The position numbers and the translations under genes were made by a program. The notes beneath the pieces are model-generated. The model did not search any database, had not been told where the DNA came from, and worked only from the letters and a program-made list of their open reading frames with translations. Positions 25,201 through 37,200 of a stretch of 64,000 nucleotides of DNA are shown one piece after another; position 1 is the first letter of the stretch, and each line of letters begins with the position of its first letter. Origin of the DNA: Saprolegnia diclina VS20 (Eukaryota); NCBI RefSeq assembly GCF_000281045.1, contig NW_008246068.1, forward strand, positions 394,859 through 458,858. The letters are read 5' to 3'.

Positions 25201-28200
25201 TCGCGTTTGTTGAGACGACCGTCGTCGGCACCACGCCCCGTAGCATGGGCACATTTCAGCTTGGCCTTGGTGCTTCGACGACGTCGGCACTGGCGTGGGA
25301 TGTATCAACGTCAGCTCTGGAGCTTGCACTCGGGGCGCTAACCGGCGTTGATGTCGCCATGGTGACGGAGGACAGCGTCCTACTTGCACCGGCAGCCACG
25401 CGCACGCTGCGTATCACATTTTCCCCCAAGAGCGGCAACATTGCTACGCTCGGCGTACAGACAAGTACAACAACAGGCATGTACGGCGACTCGTCGAGTA
25501 CGCTTTCGACCGGCCTTGCAGCGTCGATTCAGCGCATCATGACTGGCGCGTACCTTGGCGGGACGTTTCAAGTCACCGTGCCCAGTTCGGGCAGCTGGAC
25601 GACGGTACCAGTGACTGCTCCGTGCTCAACACTTGCATTGGCCTTGAGCGCGTTGGCCTGCTCGGTGCAGGGTCCCGGCGTGAGCGGAGAGCTTCGCTGG
25701 CGCGTGACGTTTGCGAATCCGGTTGCAAATGCTATCAGCGTGCTCAGCACCGGCATGACGGGAGCTTCGCCCAATGTACAAGTGACGGCCCACGTCCCGG
25801 CCGGTGTTGCGAGCGTGCACACGATCAGCGTGACCAACCAGCACATTCCAACGATCCAGCAGCTACAAGTGTCGGGCGCCGCCGTTGTTTGGGAGGTGCA
25901 AACCGTGACGCTGGTCGCGCAAGGTCCGATACGCGGCGTGTGGGCTCTGCGTTACGGGTCCGAATCATCGGGCAATCTCACGGCGACGGCTAATAGCTCG
26001 GACGTTCAAGTCGCTTTCCGCAGCATCTCAATGCTCCAAGCCGTGTCGGTATCACGCACTGCTGTGACCGTTGGCGCCACCACGGGCTACGTCTGGAGCA
26101 TTACGTTTTCTGATGTCGGGGACATGGCGCCATTGAGCGTCGTCTCGAACGTCTACGGCTCGGCCTTGTCTCTTCAGGTCACGGAGCTCACCAATGGTGT
26201 GCCGTGCGAGGTGCAGAACGTGGTCGTCTCGGCGACCCAAAGTCCGTTTGTGCTTGGTACCTTCCGCCTCGGTTTTCGAGGGCAGTACACTGAGGTTTTG
26301 GCGGTCTCGGCCAGTGCTAGCCAAGTACAAAACGCGCTGGCGGCGGTTGCTACGCTTGGTGCTGTCTCGGTGCGGCGCCTGCAACCCAACGGCGAAAATG
26401 CGTGGACATGGCGGATCAGTTTCCTCAACAACGCCGGCGCTCTTCCGCTCTTGGCAATCGATACAAGTGCTGTCGCGGCACCGACGTCCATTCGCGCAGA
26501 ACGTTGGGTCCCCGGAAGCGCACAACTTCTCTCGGGCTCGTTCATTGTAGGATACGATGGCCAAGTAGCGACGGTGCCCGTCGCAGCGTCAGCAACCGCG
26601 CTGGCCACCGCACTCAACGGGCTTTCCACGCTCGGGGCAGGCACCGTCGTCGTCTCGACGGTTCCTGGTGATTTCACGGGCGGAAACATCTGGCGCATCA
26701 CGTTCACGTCCCTTGGCTTGCGTCCGCTCTTGTCGGTCAGTACGGCCGGCACGCTGGGAACGACTCCGAGTGGCCAAGTCACGACCAGTCAAGTCGGTAC
26801 GCAGTATGATATTCAAGTCGTGCAGACCGCGGCAACGACGGCGCTCTCTGGGACATTCTTCCTTGCCTACAACGCTTTGGAGACGCCGGATCTTGCCTAC
26901 AATGCCCTCGCCACGGACGTCGCCTCGGCGCTCAATGCGCTTCTACCCTCCGGTCAGACCGTCGTTGTCACGCGGACGTCACTGACAAACTATGGGTTTG
27001 CGTGGTCGATCACGTTCCAGGAGCCAAACAGCGTCGTGCTCGTCGCCGGTGGCGCAGGCACAACGCTTCTCGGGGGCGGTGCCACCATCTCGGTCGTGCA
27101 GAAGCCGCCATCGCCTTTAACGCCTGTGCAAGGTGGGTTCACCGTCGCGATTCCGGGCGCAAACAGCGTCTACGTCTCTGCAACGGCGTCGGCGTCGGTC
27201 ATGCAAGCAGCCATTGCCTCGCTTCCAAGCATCGGCACGGTCAGCGTCGTGCGCACCAGCAACGCCTTTCAAAACGCGTTCACGTGGACCATTACGTATC
27301 TTCAAAACGCTGGCAATGTGCCGCTCTTGGCAGTGCAAAGCGCAAATTTGAGCTCGTCCGGCGCCGTCACCGTGTCGACCGCGTCGATTCAAGTAGGCAC
27401 AACTCCGTGCTGCATGACGGGGTCGTTTCGGGTGGCCTACGGATCGCCGGCGCGCCGCCTACCGGGAACTCTGAGTGTGATCCGCGGCTGGCCAATGGTG
27501 GCGACGTCATATGATCTCACGACAGAGCTGCAGCGTGGCGATGTCGTCGTCATCAACGGGTACTCGTTCACGGTGGATGGGTTTCTACCATTTGATGCGA
27601 GTCGGCTACCGCTGAGCAGTCCTTACCCCGATGCGTCCATGGCCAACGCCGTCGGGTACAGGCAGTATCGTACTCCACCGCTCGATGTCGGTTCGACGAC
27701 TGCCGACCGCCTTCAACGCGAGCTTGGCAACCTCCCTGGAATGCCAACTGTCCAGGTCTCGACGTCGGCCGAGGCGATCAACAATGGGTACACGTGGTTT
27801 GTGACGTTTTCAGGGGATATGAGGACCCTGCCACTTCTTCGCGTGGCATCGAGTGTGCTTCCGGCGACGGCTTCCGTGGTCGCAAGCGTTGCCACACCCC
27901 ACACGCAAGGCGAAGTGCGCTTTCTGTATGTCCAAGCCACGTCGACGATCTCTGGCGGGTTTCGCATTCTGCTGGCGTCGGCGACGACACCATTGCTGCC
28001 GTGGAATGCGTCGGCGGCCACGCTCCAAGCCGCGCTTCAAGCCCCCGGGTTCTTTGCCAGCGTCAACGTCTCGGGCAGTCCTCTCTTTACGACCCCGTAC
28101 GCGTCCCTTGGCGACGGCTACGGGTGGTACATCACCTTCGCATCCGACACGGGCGTGGCCCGAACCATGACCTTTGACGCGTCCAGTTTAACGACAAGGT

Positions 28201-31200
28201 ACTCGACACCGGCAACGGTCGGCACGATTCTCGTACAGGCCGGCACGTCCATCCCGCTGTCGGGCGCTTTTGCGCTGACGTTTGGCGGGTACACGACGTC
28301 CATTTTGGCGTTCGACGCGCCGGCTGCCACCGTGCAAGCTGCACTCAACGCGCTGCCGTCAATTCCGACGGTGGCCGTGTCGCGGTCGTTGCCAGACCCC
28401 AACCAAGGCTACAGTTGGTCGATCACGTTCATAAGCGGGCCGACCCACCCGAGTGCGCAGCAACGTGGCTCATACCCGCTTCTCGCGGCGACGTCGAGCC
28501 TCAGTGGCACATCGGCCAGTATTGCTGTGGCGCGCCTCGTTCAAGGCTCCTTCTTGGATGGCACATTTCGTTTGTCTCTGGGTGCCCAAGTTACTGGGCC
28601 ATTGTCGTATGCAGCACCGGCGGACGTTGTTGAAAGCGCCCTTGCGCAGTTTTCGTGGCTGAGCACTGTCACGGTGAGCCAAAGTGCTATCAATGCGGCC
28701 GGCGGGTATTCCTACACCGTCACCTTCGTACCGGTTCCAGGCCGAGTTACGCGCCTTGTCGCTGATGCCAGCCAGCTCATCGGAACAAACGCATCGGTGC
28801 AGATCCAAGTGCTTACGCCTGGCGTGGATCCGATAGCGGGGACGTTTGCATTGAGCTACCTCGGGGCGTCGACGCCCGCACTCTTGCACAACGCGTCGGC
28901 GGCGACGGTACAGCAAGCGTTGCAGGCGCTGTCGACCGTCGGACATGTCGTTGTGACGACTGCGGCATCAACACCCAACACGGTTACGTGGCGCGTGACG
29001 TTTTTGACCGACGGAGCACCGGCCAACCTCGGCAGTCTGCCGTTGTTGGCTCTGTCTACCGACACGATCACGGGCACGGACGTCGCATCGAGTGTCACAA
29101 AGCTGCAGGCAGGCTGCTGTGGCCTCCAAGTCTCGCTCAATGGTCAGGACTGGACGCGCGACATAGTAGCCTATCGCTACGATCCCGCCATGGTAGTTCA
29201 AGCAACGTATCCGACATCGGGACCGTTGACGGGCGGCACGTCCGTCGTACTCTTGGGTGCCAACTTTGTCAACAATAGCTTGGAGTGCGCCTTTGGGAGC
29301 CAGACGACGGCGGTCGAGTTTATCAACGCCACGACTGTGGTCTGCGTGGCACCGCCGCAAACGACGCCCCAATCCGTGTTTGTGCAGCTGCGAAGTGCGC
29401 CGTTTGGTATCGCGGCATCGGACAACGCCATGTCGGACTCGGTGGCTCTCTTCTCGTATTACCCGCCACTGGAGCTGACGATGGTGTTCCCAACCTCGGT
29501 GCCGGTCCTTGGTGGACGTCCGCTGCGTTTGCGCGGCGCCGGCTTTCTCAACCTCTCGACTCTAACGTGCCAGTACACGACGACGATTCCCGACCTCAAC
29601 AAAACAACGACATCGACCGCGGTGGCCGTGTTTGTGTCGTCGACGGAAATCCTGTGCCCCGCGCCGACTCTCGCGCCGGCGTTTCCAGCGTCGGCGACCG
29701 ACTGGGCGCACAAAGCTTCGGCGACGACGGTGCTTGCGATTGCGCTCAATGCCGCTGATTTTACGACCCACCCAACGACAATTGCCTTATATCCACAGTC
29801 CCTCGCATCGTCGCTGTCACCACCGCGGGGGCCGCTTACGGGTGGCTCGGTGGTCACGTCGAAGGTGGCGCCCACCCAATGCGACGGCCCCGTGCTTTGC
29901 CAGTTTGGATCGCACCGACCAACGGCGGCCGTGGCATGCAATACGACCACCGTCACTTGTCGTACGCCCCCGCACGTACCACAGCAAGCCGTGTACCAAC
30001 TGCAAGTGACGTCGAGTACTCTTTTGCCCGAAGTGCAAGTCGTCACTACGTCGGCCGCCTCTGGCGCAACACTTGGCGGTATGTTCCAGCTGCAGTATCG
30101 GGACTGTACAACGATGCCGATCGTGTTTGATGCTACGGCGCCGATGCTGCAGTCGCTTCTTGCAGCGTGTCCGTGTGTGGGCGTCAACTCTGTTACGCGC
30201 AGCGGGCCGGACGCCCAGCTCGGCTATGCGTGGACAATCACGTTTGCTGTCGAGGCTGGCAACGTTCCACCACTGACCGTGTTGACGCTTGCGCTACAAG
30301 GCACGGGCGCGACGGCGACAGTGACGACTCAAACCGAGGGTCCTGCAGGCACCATCGCGGGCGAGGTCCAGCAACTCTCGTTGTCGCAACCGCTGATTTT
30401 ATCCGAAGTGCAACTGCTCCAAGTAGAATGGGCAGCCACGGTCTACGAGATCCAGAGCATCAGTATCACGGCGTCTGTGGCGTTGGCTGGTACGTTTACG
30501 CTTGGGTACGCCACGGGCACGACGGCGGCGCTGCCGTTCAATGCCGATGCTACAACGGTACAAGGCGCGCTTCAAGGGCTACCGGGCGTCGGTAATCTTA
30601 ACGTGTCGATGGTCCACGCAACCAAAATGCGGGGCTATGTCTGGAGTGTGACGTTTCTAACGTGCGCCGGAAGTCGACCGCTTTTGACCGTCACCAAGTC
30701 GGGTCTCACACCAAGCGCTAGCGTCACGGCAAGTGTCTCCAAGGTTGCCACGGGCACGACGCCGATCAGTGGCACGTTCTCGGTGACGTATGGCAGTAGT
30801 ACGACGGCATCCCTCCCGATCACGGTGACGTCGACCGCGTTGGCCACCGCCTTGTCCAGTTTGAGCGGTATGCCATCTGTGACCGTCACCAAGGTCTTTG
30901 CGGTCACCGCAACACGGTGGCAGATCACGTTTGGTCTTATGGCGTCATCAATGCCACTGCTTATCACAACGAGCGCCTTGACGGGAAGCGGCGCTGCCGT
31001 CACGATGACGCGACTCGTAGCGGGCGGCACCTTGCTTGGTGGCAGCTTTACACTTGGTCTCAACAGCTTGACGACGGGAGCCATCCCGATTGCGGGGGCG
31101 TCGGCAACTGCCGTCGCGGCTGCACTGGCTTCGATTGTGCCGTCGGTCGCGGTTTCAGCATATACGAGTCCGTTCAACAACACGTGGATGCTAACCTTTC

Positions 31201-34200
31201 CCGCGGCGCTTGGTGACATTCCGCCAGTGACGCTCAACACGGCCTCTGTCACAGGCACCAATGTCATTGGGTCCGTCGCGACAGTGGTGAATGGCACGTA
31301 CGCACCTCTGGGCGGCACCTTTCAACTGCAGTTGGGCAGTGCCACAACCTCGGGCATTGCGCCGACGGCCACCGCAGCGTTGTTTCAAACTGCCGTACAA
31401 AGCGCGATGGGTGCCGTTGTTGGCTCGGTCGTCGTAACGTCCGGGACACCAACTCTTGGTGTTGGCAACGCCTGGCTGGTCACGTTCGTCGACTCGTGGC
31501 AGCTCAACTACGCGGCCAATCTCGACACCATCCGTGTCGGTACCAGCGCCTTGACAGGCTCGAATGCTACAGCAGCTTGGCGCCGAGTCATTGGCATTGA
31601 GCCCACTCGAACGTCACTGTCCCTTGCGATGAACGGTGCCGACTTTGCAGACACGGGACTCGCGTTTCAGTACCATGACGCGATCGTCGTCGACGCGATT
31701 ACCCCTGTGTTTGGCCCCGTGGACGGCGGCACACTGATCACGGTCGCCCTGGCGTCGCAGAGCGCCAGTTGGTCGTCCAACGACGCCGCCCTCTACTGTG
31801 CATTTGGTACCTCGATCGTCCAAGCAGTCGTCGTGAGCCCGCTCGTCCTGCAATGCAAAAGCCCGTTGACGACCATACCCGCGCTCGTGCCACTCGAGAT
31901 CAGCGCCAATGGTCTGGACTTTAGCACCTCCAACATCGTGTTCGAGTACCGGGTGAGAATGGAGCTCGCGTCGATAACACCGACCCACGGTCCGATCACG
32001 GGCGGCACACGCGTTTCCATCAGGACGCCAAACATTAATGTCCTCGACGTGTACCAGTGCGCCATCGGTGGCGTCGTTGTCGTCGCAGAAGAAGTGACAC
32101 CGTCTACGATCGTGTGCCGGACGCCGCCCGTTGCCGCGCCGCGGACCGTTGCGATTGAAGTGACGTACAACGGCCAAAGCTTTTCGACAACCCAACTGCA
32201 GTTTGTGTACCACGTACCTTTGCGCTCGAGCAGCATCGCGCCGGCATGGGGCGCGGCCATCGGCGGCAACACGGTGCTCGTGCGCGGCGGGACGTTCGAC
32301 CCGACGCGCTCTGCGACGTGTCGCTTTGGCGAGAAAGTTGTCGACGGACTGGTGCTCTCGCCCGAGTTTGTCCAGTGCGCCCCGCCCCGCTTTGATCCGG
32401 TTGGCCAAGTGCAAAGCATTTCAACGTCCGCGTCTGGGTATCTGCCCGATGTGCAAGAGGTTGTGGTGTCAGCAGCGCCCAATACATCGCTCGTACTGCA
32501 AGTGGAAACGTCCGGCGACTTGCCACTACTAGAGACACAAGTGCTTACGATCACTGGACAAACGATCCCCGAGGTGCAGTCGATTACGACGTCGGTCGCC
32601 GTGCTCTCGAGCGAGATTCGGACCATCTCGACGCGCATGACGCCGACGGTCACCGAGGTCAAGACGCTTCAAACGACGGCCACCGCCACGAACGAAGTGC
32701 AGCAAGTCGTTGTGAGCGTCGACACGTCGAGCTTGACGAATGCGCAAATGGCGGTGCAGACGCTAGCGGTGCCCGTGCAGCTGGGCGAAACCGGCACAAT
32801 TTCTCTGGAGCTCCACGGCGCACTCTCGGTACCACTGCCGTATACGTTTACCTTGACGCAGCTGCAGGCGGCGCTCCAGGGCATGGCCACGGTCGGCGCC
32901 GTCTCTGTCAGTGTCATGACGCCAACACCCAGTACGCGCTTGTATGCAGTGACGTTTACGCAAAACACGGGAGCTCTCCTACCGCTCGTGCCGCATGCTA
33001 GCAACTTTGTGCTTGTCGCCCCGTCCTCTCTCGTGGTGACATTGGTGGCGGCGGGAACATCGACAGCACTGAGTGGAACGTTTGCTCTCACGTTCAACGG
33101 CGCTAGCACTGGGCCATTACTGTACGACATTGCGCCGGACGACCTCGCGTCGGCGCTGCAGGCGCTCCCGAGTGTTCAAAACCAAGTCGTCGTCGCGATG
33201 CAAGGATGCGACTTTAACGGCGCCTGCTCGTGGCTCGTGACCTTTGTGGCGTCGCCGACGGTCAACGGCAACCTGTCACTCATGACGGTCCAAGCCGCGG
33301 GGCTGGTCGGCACGGGCGCCAGTGCGGCTGTCAACGCAATCTCGGACGGCAATGCGGTCGGCGGCAGTTTTCAGCTGACGTTCCAAGGCGCAGTCTCGGG
33401 CGTGCTCTCGTGCAGTGCCACGGAAGCTGCGATTGGCAACGCTGTGCAGGCGCTCGTGGGCCTACCCGTGCTCACTGTCACACGCCAAGGACCCGACGCC
33501 GTCAGCGGATATACCTGGAGCATCACATTCGGTGGTACACCCCAGGCGATTGGGCCGCTGGTGCCAATCTCGCTCGGGTCGCTCACGGGCGTCGGTGCCC
33601 GTGTTCTTGTCCAGACCTCCCGGCCAGCGCAAATTCCCGAGATTCAACAGCTGTCACTGTCTGCTACGTCGTTCATCGGCGGCACGTTTGCGTTGTCGGT
33701 GAGCGGCCAAACAACCGCGCCGCTCTTCTCGGACAGCTCGGCCAGCGATGTTCAGATGGCGCTCAACGCCCTGAATGATCTCGGCACTTTCCTCGTCTCC
33801 AAGAGCGCGGTGGACGGCAACGGTGGTTGCCAGTGGTACATTACCTTTGCGACGCTTGCTGTGACTCAAAATCTCATTGCTGTCGTTACCACCGACGACG
33901 ACGGCCAACCAATGCTCCAGGACTCGGGGTCGGGCGACGTACATCTCGCCGTGTCTCGAGTGCAGTACGGTACCAGTGCCCCCCTCTCTGGTTCATTTCA
34001 AGTGGCCATCAACGGCGTTCTTTCGGGACTCATCCCGTTTGACGCGACTGCAAACCAGGTTAAGCAAGCGTTGGAAGTCGTTGAAGGTGCCGGCCAAGTG
34101 AGCGTGTCAACATCGGGGGCTCTTGGGTTCAACAACGCCAACGACTGGACCGTGACCTTCTTGAGCCCACTCTCGAGCCTTCGGTCGTTGGTGGCCAGCA

Positions 34201-37200
34201 CGTCCACACTCGCGCCGGGCAGCGCGAACGTGCAGTTTGGTGTCGTCCAAGCAGGCACCGTGCCGACCATCCAGTCGATTTCAACGACGCTCAGCACCGG
34301 CTCGTTTGTGTGTAATTTTGGTGGCGCACCGTCGGCATCCATCGACGCCACAGCAAGTGCAGCGTCCGTTAGGGCCGCACTCATGGCCATCCCGTCTATC
34401 GGATCCATCGTTGCATCGGGCCCGGCTGGCGGCCCGTGGCAAGTTACCTTCATGCAGCTTGCGGGAACTGTGCCAACGCTCACCTGTGGCACTGATCAAA
34501 CCGTCTCTGTCGTTCAGTCATCGACCGCGGCGGTGCTCGGCGGTCAACTCCGCTTCGGGTTCCAGGGTCAATTTACATCGTATTTGAGCGCTGCCGCGAC
34601 GGCCAACGACGTTCAGACGGCGCTGACAAGTCTCTCGAGCATCGGTGCCGGGAACGTTGCTGTTACGTTAGGGCCTGCGGGGGTCAACAACGGTCAGACG
34701 TGGGTCGTGACATTCACCAACGTGCCAGGGAACCTTCCGGCACTCGTTGTCGACACGACGCAGCTCGTGGGTACCACTGCGACGGCAACTGTTTCGACGC
34801 TCGTCCAAGGCAACCAAGTGACGGGTGCCTTTCAGCTCTCGTTCAACGGCGACACGACGCGGTCGCTATCGCCACAGATGGATGCAACCGACCTCGCATC
34901 CGCTATCATGCAGCTACCATCCATCAACTGCCGTCGCTGCATCGTCGTCTCGCAGTCTGCTCCGCTCGGTGCTGCCGGGTACAACTGGACTGTAACGTTT
35001 CAGGCCTTCGATCCAGTGTCGTCGTCGTTTGTGTGGCCCATCGTTGGCAATGTCGCGTCGCTTGCCATCGACAACTCGTCGCTCGCTTGCAGCGGGTTAG
35101 TCGCGACTGTCACGACGGTGCAGAATGGATCTGCGCCGGTGCGTGGCAGCTTTGTGCTAGCCTACCGTGCGCAACCGTCGGTCGTGTTGGCGTGGAATGC
35201 GACGGCCGACGACGTTCTTGCGGCCGTTCAGAACATCAAGAGCATCCCCTACTTTGGAATCGGATTCGCCGTCTCCCGCTCCGCCGTGACCGCATCAGGC
35301 GGTGTACAGTGGCGCATCACGTTTCCGTATGACCTACCGTACCCGAACGAAGTCCTTGCCGTCTCGTCGCGCCTCCGCGGCAGCAACGCACAAGTGGTCG
35401 TGACCACCGTGACGCCGCAGACAGTCCCCATGACGGGTAGCTTTACTCTCTCGCTTCTGGGGCAAATGACGACAGCGATTCCGTTCAACGCCAACGCGAG
35501 CGTCGTGGCCTCGGCACTCTCCGCGCTGCCTGGGCTTCCGACGGTGGACGTGTCGACGGTCCATGAGCCCGGAGTCAACCGCTACGTCTGGCGCGTCACG
35601 TTTGCATCGTTGGTCAACGCCGGTAACGTTCCACTACTACTGACACCTTCTGTGGCGGTCGGCGGCACGTCGCCCAGTGCCACCGTGACCAAGATACAAG
35701 CTGGCTCGCACAACCAGATACAAGTGATTACCATTAGCGCGGTGACGCTGTCACCCAACGGGACATTCACGCTGGCGAGCGCCGGGTTTACGTCGCCGAT
35801 TGTGCTCTCGATGACAAGCTCGGCCAGTGAGATGACGACTGCGCTTTTGGCGATCCCATCGATGTCGGCCGTGCGCGTCGAGCGCCGAGTGGCCATGGAC
35901 GGACACCTCGGTGCGTCGTGGTACGTTTTGTTTTTGGATTCGAGCCAAGACCGGTCGCCACTCGTCGTCACACCAATGACGCTCACGCCCGTGGGTGGCT
36001 ACACAGTCAGCATCACGACGTGGCCGTCCATGACAACGCCGCTCTCTGGGACGTTTACGATTGCGTACGGACGCAGCTGCATCGACGGCGCGACGACCGA
36101 ATCGGCGTCGTGCGTGCCGTTGCAGACGCCGGCGCTTCCGTGCAACGTCGATGCCGTCACGATGCAGCATGAAATCTCGCTGCTGCCAGGCCTGAGCGCA
36201 GCCACGGTGACCCGCGCCGGCCCTGACTACCTCAACGGATTCACGTGGTCGATTTCATTCCCACACGAGCTCGGTAGTATTGCCTTGCTCGACGTTACTT
36301 TGGGTGGAAACCTTGGCGGGACCAACGCCATGGTTGTTGCCGCCGAAACACAAGCCGGTGTCTCGTACGACAACGCCAAAGTCCCTGTGACGGTATCGTC
36401 CAACGGTCAAGACTACTCGTCCCCGGCGGTCGTGTACCAGTACGTTCCCACGATTCTCGTGTCGTCGCTGGCGCCGACGCACGGACCGGCCACCGGCGGT
36501 ACCGAGGTCGTCGTCACGGGGTCGTTCTTCTTCAACTCGTCGGCGCTCTACTGCAGCTTTGGCGCGACGTCGGTCAAGGCGAACACGTACTTTAACAATT
36601 CGATGCTGGTGTGCATCGCACCGCCGCGCGGCGACAACGCCGCGACGGTGGCGGTCGAGATCTCGCACAACGGCGTCGGTCTCGCCAGTACTTCGTCCGA
36701 GAGTCACGTGCGCTTCACCTACGATATGCCGGTGGTTGTCCAGTCGGTGACACCGACGTCTGGCCCCGTGACGGGCAACTTTTCGGTGCACATTTCTGGT
36801 GGTCCGTTCTTGCCCACCCCAGAAGCCCGCTGTCGCTTTGGCGCATTCGTTGTGCGAGCTACGCAAGTGCACTCGGATCTCCTTCGGTGCGTTGCCCCCA
36901 GCCACGCGGCGGGGACGTATGCGCTTGAGGTATCTCTCAACAACCAAGACTACACAATGACGCGCTGGCCTTTTTACTTCTACCCTAACCCGACGCTATC
37001 GCGAATCTTTCCGGTCTTTGGCCCGGCCGTTGCGGCCGGCACCACCATCACGATCGTCGGCTCCGGGTTTGTGAACGTGTCCAGTCTTGTCTGTCGTCTT
37101 GGAAAAACGATTGCGCCGGCCACGTACGTGTCATCGACACAGCTGCGCTGCTTGGTACCGGCGCTCTCCGACTTTAGCAGCGGGTTGCAGCCAATGCCGC

